A stretch of 63,796 nt of DNA, filler included, from Rhabdomonas costata (taxonomy: Eukaryota): assembly GCA_019059605.1 (NCBI GenBank). It is 19 parts of 19 records of this genome, joined end to end, with 100 filler letters (N's around TTAATTAATTAA, not from the genome) between each part and the next. Parts side by side here need not be neighbours in the genome. Positions count along the whole stretch, not along the records: positions 47,111 to 50,365 come from JAHMHO010001104.1; positions 50,466 to 53,721 come from JAHMHO010001105.1; positions 53,822 to 57,077 come from JAHMHO010001106.1; positions 57,178 to 60,437 come from JAHMHO010001107.1; 15 more parts are not named here. One strand, given 5' to 3'. Each line of letters starts with the position of its first letter. Position 1 is the first letter of the stretch. Positions 48,339 to 59,920 of this stretch are shown here, piece after piece. Both the position numbers and the translations under genes were made by a program. The notes below the pieces were generated by a model. That model was not told where the DNA came from, did not search any database, and saw only the letters and a program-made list of their open reading frames with translations.

Positions 48339-50213
48339 TTAGTCTTTGGCGTCCACAACACCCTCTTCGGCAATCGCGAATACCTGCAAAAAAACTAGAC
48401 CAATAACAACTGCACATCTGCAGCAAAAGTCAGTTTTCCGCAGTGTACGGGATGCTCATGCAACTCTTCGAAAGCTCTTGGGCTATCGAAGCCACAATAC
48501 CGCAAACTACCCATCACCAAAACATGCGCAGTGCACTCCTTCAGGGTCTTCAGCGCTCAGTGACGCCAGGGAGATCGGCGCCTTGGAATACGGGTGCATT
48601 CATTCATTTGGTTGTGGGTTCAAAATAATTGGCACCGAGCGGATCGATGAAATGCATCCAAGAAAAAGCAAAGCAGTCGACTTGTAGCAACAACTAAGCA
48701 TCACTTTGACGTTAAGCTCTTTTCTAGGCCGGAGTAGATACAGGTCTTTTACGAAATACAGTCACCTCACAGCAATTTTGCGTTATTTTCTTCTCCCCTG
48801 TCACCCCCTTCCCAACTACTCTGATTCCTCCTTCCCCTTCCTCCTGCCGTTATTGCCCAAGTTTCCACTCCCACGTCCATTTGACCCATTGTATTTGCTT
48901 ATTTTTGCCTGTAAATGAAGGAGAATACCGCTTCAGATTCAGGCAGGCAGGGGCTGTCATAAATCTTGCAGATCCTGAGGGATAAGGAAGAGGAGCACTC
49001 AAAAGATTTGTTAACATCTTGAACAAAAGGAACCAGAAACAAAGAGAAATCGACGGATACCTCTGCTCGCCACGGCCCTTCCGAAGGGAAAGCCGAGTGG
49101 TCGAGGCGTGAGCAAGGACGTGACCCCCTATGGGCTGAAGAAAAGTGAAGATATTACTCACTACACCTCAGACAAAAAACAAGAGACAATCGTACACCTG
49201 CGCCGTTGCCCACGCAGACCAACCCGCAATCTGAACCCCAACCCAGGCCTGGTGCAAACCTTCTTTGGGTCAGCCGTAAACATAGCAGCACCACCAGGGT
49301 CAGCAACCACGTGGTTGGTGAGCACCACCGCGACATTAAACTCCTCTGCAGTGGTGCAAAGCGTAGGTAAACGTTTCTGACAACCACTGGGCAGACTCCA
49401 GACACCCATCATGGAAAAGCCCTCCAAAACTCATGCCTGCACGCGCTCTGGGTTTTAGGGTCGCGGTGTGGAATTCTCTTCAGGGGCATCCAAGGACCGA
49501 AAGACAACGGGTATTTTGACACAGGTCAGGGCACGCCCATTGCTGTCTTGAAGGGTGGGAGCCGGGAGAGGGGTGAGGATGCGGCAGACCGGCCAACTTC
49601 ACCAGCTTGCTGAGCAGCAGCCCCAGCTTCTGCTGACGCTCCGCGAGCTCCCCGCGGCCTGTGAAGTCCACGCGGAAGAGCGCAGTGACGCTATCCATGA
49701 TCAGCACCCGGAAGCAGTCCTCCACCTGTTTTTGTGGGCAGGATTCGCACGTCTGTGCAAGGAAGGGTCGAGATCAGACCACGAAAAGGCGCCACAGACT
49801 GAGGAAACGCTGTGAGAAATGACGTTCTCCTGCACAAATTTGAGTGCATTCTGGACTGTCACATTGACCACACCGGAGGTAACTGGTGTGGAGTGAAGTG
49901 AATTCAACGGTTGTACCGAAGGCAGCAGGTCGTACTATCAAAAGGCCCACACCATTTTTGCTGCAACCATGCTCAGCAGCGTGAGCTGGTGCTCGTGGGT
50001 GTACGCCCGGGCCACCAAAATGTTCTCCAGTGTGGTGCTCTGATAGCATGGCAGGGGTGCACTGCAACCAAGAAAGCCGCATCTGTCCCAGTGGTAACAG
50101 TGATAACGAGGAGACGCATTCCCTGCGTCCCAAATAGGTTCTCAAGCTTTTCCGAGATAACAAAATGTCATGCAGAAGGTAAAGAAGGCGCAAACCACGT
50201 CGAGGCCGTAGCG
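48339..50213 (-). CDS. DMC1: Meiotic recombinase DMC1, C-terminal half; exons 50213-50196, 50039-49953, 49725-49590, 49345-49260, 49134-49061, 48974-48929, 48383-48339
   Basis: [84 protein letters not shown]. The residues RVDF, ERQQKL and GGHxLAH favour DMC1 over RAD51. Confidence 0.93.
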
Positions 50214-50465
50214 CTGCGAGAAAGAAAAGATGCATATGCACATGTGAAACGATGCCAAACCAAATCATGTCAAATACGTCTTCTTTTGCAATCGTTCAAC
50301 AAAAAAACCAAAAGGACAAAATGAGACAACAGAGAAAAACGTAACTGTACACCCCCCCCACCACCNNNNNNNNNNNNNNNNNNNNNNNNNNNNNNNNNNN
50401 NNNNNNNNNTTAATTAATTAANNNNNNNNNNNNNNNNNNNNNNNNNNNNNNNNNNNNNNNNNNNN

Positions 50466-50910
50466 GTTAGTGAAGATTAGCACATCGTCAGTGTACGCTC
50501 CGGCAAACTCACGGAGATCGTACAGGACAAAGTCCATCGTCAGTTGGAAGGCATATGGGGCGTTACACAACTCAAAGGGCATGACCCGGTAGTGAAACGT
50601 GCCGTACTTAGTCTTAAAGGCAGTACAGTGGACGTGCTTTGTGTACACTCGTATTTGGTGAAAGCCAAGCTTGGTGTGGTTGGAGCAATGGTATGCTGGG
50701 GCATGTCTATCTGCTAATGCTATGTGAACATGAGGTGAAGTCAAGCGTGACTTCTCGTAAGGGCAAACGGCGCTCACTCTCTCTTCCTTTGAATTGTTTG
50801 ATTCGATTTTCGCGAGGCTTCCTCTTGCTTCAGTGTCATGTCTCTTTGGTTATGCCCTATATGTCATGGACGGGTCTTGCTACCTGGCTTGTGATCGATG
50901 GCTTTATTGC
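50466..50910 (-). mobile_element. Ty3/Gypsy LTR-retrotransposon reverse transcriptase fragment, degenerate
   Basis: GFHQIRV...TAFKTKYGTFHYRVMPFELCNAPYAFQ..MD.V....FAGAYTDDVLIF; the upstream part has stops and frameshifts. Confidence 0.9.
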
Positions 50911-51291
50911 TTAGGTGTTGGCGGAGCGGAAGATGGGCGCAGAGCGATGGTTTGCCGTGGCGATGGGAGGTGGGCAGACCGATGAGGCCCTGGAGCTGCT
51001 GAAGAGGTTCCTTTGGATGCGTGGGGGGCGGGTGGGGGTTCAGTGATGAAGTTCTTTTTCGGTGAATCTGGATGTACCACTTGGCACGAAAGAAATAAAA
51101 GCGTTTCGGCCATTTTGCTGAAGAGCTTAATTATCTCTGACTTGTTTGAACTGGTGACTCGGCGGTTTTCATTCTGTTGGTAACGGTCTGCTTTTCATCT
51201 TTGGCCTTCACTTTCCGTTTACTTGACCCTCCGGACCCTCCGGCGGACCACAGGCACCCTCTCTCAACCCCTCCTGCATGCCTTTGTATAG

Positions 51292-51756
51292 GTGCGCCAA
51301 GGAAGGCTCGTGGCTCTGCCTGAAGAACCTTCACCTGGTGGTCAGCTGGGTCCCTGCGCTGGAGAAGGCCTTCAGCGCACTCCCCGAGCTGCACCCCTCG
51401 TTCCGCCTGTGGCTCACCAGCGAGCCCCATGACCTTTTCCCGGTACTGCTGCTGTCACAAAGCCTGAAGATCACCTACCAGGCCCCGCCCGGAATCAAGA
51501 AGAATCTCTTGAAGACGTACTCCCTGTGGACCCCAGAGTTTCTGGCAGGCCTGCCTCCAGTCACCGCCCAGGTACTTGTGCAGCATGCTTCCCCCCAGTG
51601 GTGACCCCTACCCGAGGCATCGATACTGAGCCCCAGTGTGTTCTTTGTCACGGCCATCGTTTTTGCGGTTTCTGCGGTTTTTCCTTCTCTCAGGTGCTAT
51701 TCGTGTTGGCGTGGTTCCACGCTGTGGTACAAGAGCGCCGCAGTTACATTCCTCAG
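51292..51756 (+). CDS. DYNC2H1: Cytoplasmic dynein-2 (IFT) heavy chain, AAA6-region exons 51292-51571 and 51694-51756
   Basis: WLCLKNLHLVVSW...FRLWLTSE...SLKITYQAPPGIKKNL..TY..W...|LFVLAWFHAVVQERRSYIPQ. Confidence 0.9.
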
Positions 51757-51963
51757 GCATGAATTCCCTTCGTTTCGGCATCATCCAACCCACCCCCTTC
51801 CCTCCTTCTTTATTCAACCGTGCCCGTATTTGAATGAAGTTGCACGTAACGCAGGATACGTGAATAAGACCTCGTTACGGGCTGTCTTGATTGTGTAAAT
51901 TAGAATGAACGCGTCCCATTAAAGGACACGACTGACCCATTCGTTTAACTCTGCTGCGAAGAA

Positions 51964-52850
51964 TCAGGCTGCCTCAGGTCGAGCAAACACTGCGGCATTA
52001 AACCGCAATCGAAAGCTTCTGCTTTTCACGAAGACTGCGGAGAAATCTCGGGGGAGAATAGACGCATAGACATCGAGATGGGTGTGGCAGAACAGGAGGT
52101 GGGACGACAGGTAGGCCGCGGATGGGCTAGTTGGACGGAAAATTCCCAGCCTTCGCACATGACGAGTGGGAGGTATGCTTGAAAGTGGGGACGGAGCACT
52201 TCCGACCCAGTAGGGTGGGACCAAGGACCCAATGAGAGCGCGTTCCACCCCAGCGGCAACCGTAGCATCGTCCGCAAAAGGGAGCGTACGCACCATGTAT
52301 GTCGCCCGGCATGTCCAAGCAGGATCAAAGGATGAGCACCGCTGTGTGGAGATGGAGAGACGACGCAACATTTTGAAGCACGCGTGGTGTTGGCGATGTA
52401 ATTCTGGATAAAAGCCGAGGTGAAGGAGCGTATCCCGATGGGTGAGCCAAGCGCCTCAAGCTCTTCGTCCCAGGTATTCTGGGAGCCTGTACATGTAGGG
52501 AATTCTCGGGCAGCGCGGGGGACGTTCCGCTCTGCGCTATGTGTATCTGCAGCCAGCCATTTTGCAAGCTCCGGTGGTCGGTCAGAACAGCGACAGGTTG
52601 TTTTCTGATACAGCTCGCAAACGTCGTCAATGCCATCTTTGTTTCGTGAATTGCGACCCTTGCTACCCTTTGGTGAGCTTAGGAGGGTAGAAGTGGCCTG
52701 AGCTCGTTTTTTTTTGGGAAAAAGCTGCTCCAGGACAGAACCAACCGCCACCTCAACGTCTTCTGCATGGAACAGCTAGGACAAAGAAACAGCAATTGCT
52801 CTCAGATTCACAGTCTGCAATTGCGTACCAACGCTGTCGAAGCAAATAGC
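51964..52850 (-). mobile_element. Degenerate non-LTR retrotransposon RT/thumb region (CRE-like)
   Basis: Across frameshifts: LRAIAV, GIDDV, LEALGSPIG..SF, S.Q...C..TYMVRTLP, PTRHVRRLGI...AAYLSS. These resemble the RPIAV, YxDD, LGxPIG, YLLRT and LPxRxGGLG...AYxSS motifs of restriction-like-endonuclease non-LTR elements. Confidence 0.6.
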
Positions 52851-53954
52851 ACGGGAGGCTCTCAAAGCTGTTTGGGAACGGTTCTAAAAGCCGGTGATGG
52901 TGTTTATGGCAAATGTCACCCAACAAGAATCGTCTGAATCGTCCGAGATCGATCGATGGGGGCAGAGCGAAGATGATGCTCTTGAGCAGACCGACAAGAC
53001 CAAACACTCACAGCCTTCGTTCGACTATGTCTTGGTGGAGTACCGATTAACCCCTTTCTGCGTGCATATCCGCGCGAACAAGGTGGTTCGAACTTCTGCT
53101 GTATTCTTTGGCGAATTTCTGCTGCTGTGGGTCTTCTCTTACTTGGGATTTTCCAGGCAGCTGGTGTCGGACCGGGATCCTTAATTAAATTCCCTCTGTT
53201 GTTCATTTCCCGCCGAGCACTCCCGGGGGGAGGGGGTGCTTCACTTTTGTTTTGCTTGTGTTTCGAACATGAAAGTCAACGAACGCCTTGTAGCCAAACG
53301 AGGGGACCCAGCACAACCGCTTACGCAAACCAGATGCGCGTGCATGCTGTTCGCATTGTGGTGTTGACCCGTGCATTGCTAGAGTGAATCCTCTTGATCA
53401 TGTTATCGGATGAAGACACATAAGTGGAACTTTCCTTCCAGAACACAGACGTCATTCCAGAGGCATACAAAGCTCGATCTACTGCATGATTCAACGAGAT
53501 GGCGCATTTGAGTTTTTGGTGAAGCAATCTCTTTCCAGAGCTCCGATTGAAACCGCAGTAAAACTTTGGACAGCTGCTCCATTTATGTGATCGAGGTGAA
53601 TAGCATTAGACGAGACCACATCATTGCTCCACTGCTCATGGGCGTTGGTATTGGCTGCTTCTGTTCTTTCTTGGAGTGAATTGCTGTGGCGCAGGACATT
53701 TGCCGCAGGAATTTGCTGACTNNNNNNNNNNNNNNNNNNNNNNNNNNNNNNNNNNNNNNNNNNNNTTAATTAATTAANNNNNNNNNNNNNNNNNNNNNNN
53801 NNNNNNNNNNNNNNNNNNNNNGTTTTTTTGTATATTAGCAGTGACGCAAACAAAATGTTATCAGACTGCAAAGAAAGACGAGAAAAGGAAAGGGAAAATT
53901 TGGGTTGCTGTGTCGCATTCGGCTTCCTTTTCTCCTTAACGCCGCTCTTTGCAG

Positions 53955-56576
53955 GCTTTGCCGGACCTTCTCTCCCACTGCGGCGGGCTCGGGTATCCCC
54001 GAGATCAAAACGATTCTGGGTGGAATCCACCTCCGGGGTTTTCTGGGAGGGTGGACCCTTTTGGTGAAGGTGGTCGGGCTGATCTTTTCCGTGGGCAGTG
54101 GCCTTTCTCTGGGGAAGGAGGGGTATGCCCCCCGCCCCAACCCCTAACAGGGCCATGTCAACACCTCATCGCAACCTTTTCCTCCTCACCTCCCACCGTC
54201 GTTTTCTTTCGGTGAGTGAGGTGTCACATTTGTGGAGGAATGGGACCTGCTTCGTGTTTCTTCGTCTACTGCTCATCGGCGGGATAGGTCATTCAGATTC
54301 GCCTATTAAACATTGATGGTGACGTTGCCTTGCCTCTTCCCAAAGTAGGACGTTTTGTGCGCCGTGTGTTTTAGGAAAGTTTTTTCTGTGTGTTGTCTTT
54401 TTATAAAGGCCTTATGTCCACGTCGCGTCCTGCGTGGGCAATGTGGTGGGGCGGCTGTTCACGAAGTTCCGCGCTAACGAGGCCAAGAAGCGCGAGCTGC
54501 TCTCCGCCTCGGCGGCCTCCGGGGTGGCCGTGGCCTTCGGCGCGCCAATCGGGGGCGTGCTGTTCAGCCTCGAGGAGGCTTCCTACTTCTTTCCTCACAA
54601 GGTGGGTACAGAGTGCTGCCTCACCACCTCTGTGACTTCCTCATGTTCTCTGAGTCTATCACGTCGGTACTTGGCTTGTGCATGGTCGCGAAAATGGCCA
54701 AAGCGTTGCACGCCTATTGCATGGATCTCGGAGATTGGCATCTAGCCTATCAAAAACAAGCGCAAGTGCCCCATCAGCCTGGAGGTTCCAAACGAGGGTG
54801 ATCTGAGGATGGAGACAACAGGTAACACATTGGCCAGCGCAGCGCACACAACACCCGCAGAGGCACAGAAAAATTTTCCCTGGCCTTCTCAGGTTATGTG
54901 GCGGGCATTCTTCTGCGCTGTTATGGCGTCTCTGGTGCTGCAGCAGATGGACCCCTTTGGGCGGGGCAAGCTGGTGATGTTCCAAGTCGACTACCGTCAC
55001 ATGTGGAGGTGGTTTGAACTGGGTATCTCTCGCGCTCACGAACCATTTTCACCTCTGCTCTTCATTCGCCCCTCATCTAAACTACTCGGAGGAGGGTTTC
55101 TCGTCAGATAATGCTGTAATGATGAAGCCGATCATACACCCCCCCTCCTTTGCCTTTCTTTATCGGGCTGAAATGACTTGCAAGGACGCCTGCTTTCGGT
55201 GTTTTGATGGTAGTCGTCTTAGTCTTCTTGGTGGAGTTGCCAGTAGTGGTCCCTATCATTGCAAATTGTCGCGAATTTGGCAGATGCCCCTGAAGCTGAT
55301 CGATTCCCCCCGCGACCATTCACATTACATGCCCCTTTACTTTCCCCTCTCTCCCCGCTTCTTCCCTAACTGTGTTCAGGCATCCTTCCTAAACTTTGCC
55401 CTGATGCCCCGTTTTCATTGCCGTGAGTTTCCGGTCTGCTCTCAGGTCCCTTCGTGTTCTTGGGGGTTGTGGGGGGCCTTATTGGAGGCCTTCTGGTGCA
55501 CGCGAATGTCTGGTGGTGCGGGGTGAAGCAGCGCAGCATTCTGGCCAGGCTGCCCGTCACCGAAGTCGCCTTGATCACTTTGGTGACCGTCGCGGTGCAG
55601 TATTCCAATCCCTTTCTGCGCATCGGGATTACCCGGGCCCTGGAGATGATGTTTGGGCGGTGCGGGGTGAACTCCCGGGAGCCCATCTGCGCGGAGGCCC
55701 AGGCGGAGGTCGCGCTGCAAGTCCTGGCCGCGGGGACACTGAAGGTGCTGCTGCTGGTGTTCACGTTTGGGATCCGGGTACGTCGGGCACCCAGCCACCC
55801 TTCCCTGTTTCCCCTTCTCCATTGGAGACCTTCTTGTATCTTGTATTTTGTCCTTCTTGACATTGTCCTCACACTGTGCACTTGCCATTTGGGCTGCGTG
55901 CTGTGTGTGTGTGTGTGTGTGTGTGTGTTTTGTGTGTACGTTTGTTTCGTGACGCGCGCGCGCACACACACACACACACGCACTGTGCATGATCAACTAC
56001 ACCCCACACCCCGCCTCGCCCCGCATCTGTGCCTTACTTTCTGTGAGTAGTTTGCACACTTTGGCGATTTTGAGACTCCCGCTGCGCCGCTATGGATATT
56101 GCCCGGTGAAGCTGAAGAATGTTGAGTGGTCCGGGTCCTGTGCTTTTGTGGGTCTCATATATACCAATTTGATAATCTTTGGCGTTTGAGCGAGAATAGG
56201 GGGGCATCTATTTGCCCATCTATCCATTTGACCTAGACCGGCTGAACCTTTTATAGTTTTATCGTCTCTGATTTTCCAAAGTATGGGAGCGGAGTGTTAG
56301 CGGGGTCATGTATTTTGGATCCTTGGGTGTGTTTGCCTTCCGCTTACCTTGGTCACGGGTGCTTCGGCCGCGCCTCCGCATCGTCGGGTTGCCTGTGCTC
56401 CAAAGGTGCCCGCGGGTATCTTTGTCCCCGCTCTGTTCAGCGGGGGCGCGTTTGGCCGCGCGGTGGGGATCGCCGTCTCGCTGGCCCAGGCCCGGCACCC
56501 CCAATGGGCGGTCTTTGGACAGTGCCGGGAGCAGCCCGAGGCGAACTGTGTGGTGCCCGGGGTCTACGCGATTATG
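53955..56576 (+). CDS. CLC chloride/proton exchanger (ClC-3/4/5-like), internal exons 53955-54122, 54409-54601, 54893-55022, 55446-55777, 56406-56576
   Basis: [46 protein letters not shown] signature motifs; gating and proton glutamates are present. Confidence 0.96.
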
Positions 56577-57275
56577 GTCCTCTGACCCATCGCGCACTCT
56601 CTGTTTTTCCAACCCATCGTCCTCTTTGATGTATCCACCCTATGGTGGTTCGGGGAACCCTTGAAAGAGGATTATTGTAGTTTTGCTTCCTGGCTTTGTG
56701 TCCATTGTCGGCGGCATCCGCGAGATCCATAGTTCCAAGCGCCCGAATGGGTGGAACCCAGCCTGGGGGGGCTGTCTTGGCTCGAACCGGGGCTTTTATA
56801 GAATGTCTTGCTCCCTGATGACTGATGGTCGGATGATTGCAGTTTTGCCACTGCACCACCTGCATTTTCAAATTACACTTTCTCAAACACACACCCACAT
56901 ACACACACGCAAACACGAGGAGGTTACCGCATGGGGAAAATTCGGCGTTAAGCCAGAGCCAGCTAGAGGTATCGTTTGCTCCCAAGGTACCTCTTGCGAC
57001 CAGTCGTGCCCGCCAGTCGACAGTGGCCTCCAACTGTCAGGCTACAGCCAATCAGCAGCAGCAAGTGTCCACACACCNNNNNNNNNNNNNNNNNNNNNNN
57101 NNNNNNNNNNNNNNNNNNNNNTTAATTAATTAANNNNNNNNNNNNNNNNNNNNNNNNNNNNNNNNNNNNNNNNNNNNGGGTGGTGGGGATGATGGGATGA
57201 AGTGGCGCTTGGGAGTGAGTACGGGGAAGTCCTTCCAAGAGAGAGAGAGAGAGAGAGAGAGAGTAGGGGGCATAC

Positions 57276-59920
57276 GCACGCAGCAGTCCGACTGAGAACA
57301 GGTGAAATTAGAGCAGTACGTGGACCCTGAGGCGTTCGCGTAGCCGACCGGGCAGGTCAGGCCGGCGCTGCTGCAGGTTGGCATGTCTGTGCGCAAAAAC
57401 CGTACAGTGGAGGTACCCTTCAGGAAAATTTTATGCGGAGGGGGGTGGGCGCACCGCTCCTTGTCCGCTATCATTCCCCAGAAAAAGCTTCACCCTTGCA
57501 GCGGGGCAGCAAGATACCTCCCTCCCAACTACTAATCCAGCCAGCCTTCCATCCTTCGTGGCGAGGGGGGTGAGGGGTTCCATCGGTTGCTGTCAGACCT
57601 GCTCCCTGGTGGTTTGCTTGCCCTCCATTGAAACCTACGGTCACACTGAGGGCTACGGTCACCCACGCCATCCAGTGTACACATCCTCTGCTAGACCCTG
57701 TTCCGGCCCCTTTGGTCAGAGAATTTAACCTGGCGCAATGTCGTCGACTCATTTTTAAGCCACGCAATGTGCACACAACGGTCTCCAGGGCAGCAGCACA
57801 AGGGTACTCGGGCTCAACCCAGCGTGAAGTACTTCAGACCCCTGAAGATGAACCAAAAACAAAACTAAACTGTGCCCATCCGTAAGAAGGTGGACAACTG
57901 GACAGAGATAAAATCCGGCAGGACGTGCTGCCCCCTCCCTGGTCTAGCGCCGGGACCGGAGGGCCCTGCAGGCCCTGCGTTCACATAGAAAAAGATAAAA
58001 TGGACAGAAAAAGAGGCAGGGACAGGGCAAGGGCACGGCGGCAAGTCAAGCCCCCCCCCCCGAACCTATCGCCCACGTGCCCGTGGCGCCAAAGCCCGTG
58101 GCGAGCCCGACATAGGTCATTGTAGTCGTCAAGCTCCAATCGTAGTAACTCACCATGGTGTTCTGTGAGACGGTCCTCCCCGAGCCTGCGGCCAGGAGGC
58201 CGCCCTCCCAGCTCACCCAGAACCACTGCGGGGAGCCCGTGCAGGCGTGGGACGGGCCACCCGCAGCAACGTTCGCTCCCGGGATGGCGTACCCTTCGCA
58301 GGTGGAAAACATACGATTACGGAAGTGATGAAGCAGGGCTCATGCCTTGGTGTCGGTACGTTCCTGGTTCTGTCGTCTAGTTTTTGCAGCAGGACCTATA
58401 CTGAGGCTTCCAGCCTCCAGGTCTGTGCAGTCGGGTGTGTGAGGACGGGATGTGTCCACTTCTTCAGCTTAGATAAAATGTTCTATTCGCCGGGTGACCT
58501 TCAGAGACCGGCGCCGGCGCCGGAGCAGCCTATATTGCAAAATTAGACAAAGGCCCACAGTTGGCGGGGTGGCAATGCTGCTGACACACTCAAACACAAG
58601 TCAGTGCACAGTCGATTTTGAAAATCGCATACATACACACACCCCTGCCTAGGTCTGGGGGTCCACCATTGCCGATGCGGATCGCGGTCTGCGTGTTGCT
58701 GAATGAGCCGAAAGTGAACAGATACATAAACGAATTGGAGTCTCTGGCGTCAGGCAGGGTGCCCACAAGGATAGCGGCGTCGTTGCTGGCGGTGACCTGT
58801 GGAGATTTCGATGCGCGGGGGCACTTCCTTTTTCTTTTCCTGAGACGTTTGCAGTGTGCCGCATCAACGGCCATGTAAAGACAAGAAGCAAGAGATCTTC
58901 CCGTTCACAGCAGGACCGAGTTGAGCCTGCTTCCGCGTTTCTGTTGAAGAGGAGCTGGGCTTAGGGTAACACCGAATAGGTGACCCAAAAACCCGGTAAA
59001 AGCCTGGGGGCTGGGGGAGGGGAGAGGAGACTCCTGCCTTTGCACAAGAGAAATTCACCCAACTTTTCGTTCCTATATAAAATGCAAGATCCATTTACCG
59101 CTCTGCCTTCGTCGATTCCTACGGACACAAGTTTTATTCCGTAATTTCTTTTCAGTTTTATCTTGGAAACCCGTCCAATTCATCCTGTCAAAATATCTAC
59201 TTGCGGAGGACGCTATCTGTCATTGTGCGTGGCCTTCGATGTACCGGTGGAGGCGCCGGTGGTGGGTCATTATCATTGCTCGACTTTTTCTTTTTGCCGC
59301 TTCTTGACCCACGCAGCGGAGGGTTTAACCACGGCACTCACAACGTAGATATACTAAGCCCAAGCAAACAATATAGCAAGTCCAGGCAACTGGCTCGGGC
59401 AACCTGCTGCCCACACGTTCCCTGAGAACGTGGGGCTCGTTAGACAACAAGAAGGTATTCCCCGATGCGTGGTTGCTTTTTTGAACACCGTGAAAAGGCC
59501 GAGGCGACTCTCTCTCTCTCTCTCTCTCTGTCTTTACACAATGCCCGTGCAGCTGATCTGACCTTGAAGAAAGTGCAGCGCTTGTTTATTTGTGAATGCG
59601 GCAAAAGGGTCGCCAGGTGGGATGTAGTGAGTTAAAAAATATTCAGATCAACATGCGCTCTTTTCTTTTTTTGCATCACATCAAAATGAACGTTACACTC
59701 TGTCTGTGCATCACTTCAAGCAAAGGATCCCGGTTGGCATACGCTCCTCTCCGCGCATGGGCTTTCTCGCATCGCCCCCCACCCCAAACCCAAAGCGGAC
59801 GTATGCAACGTAGTCTGGGCAGCAGCACCTGGAACCGGATAGAGGTCATTTGCGGTGGCAGCGTAAACGGCAGGAACAGGAACTCAGTGTAGTCGTCCGG
59901 GGTGGTGTACGATGGCATCC
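57276..59920 (-). CDS. Protein with farnesoic-acid-O-methyltransferase-like (Methyltransf_FA) domain followed by a Cys-rich module; exons 59920-59829, 58796-~58645, 58293-58066, 57386-57276
   Basis: IRFQ|VTASNDAAILV...MYLFTFGSFSNTQTAIR...WFWVSWEGGLLAAGSG...MVSYYD...YVGLATGFGATGTW follows the FAMeT pattern; then TCSSAGLTCPVGY...CSNFTCSQSDCC. Confidence 0.75.

Noticed and set aside
2520-59920. Fully non-canonical (non-GT/GC-AG) introns
   Set aside because: Every junction I could reconstruct in conserved genes fits GT-AG or GC-AG in the correct phase. Only the degraded helicase near 1185-1100 is unresolved.
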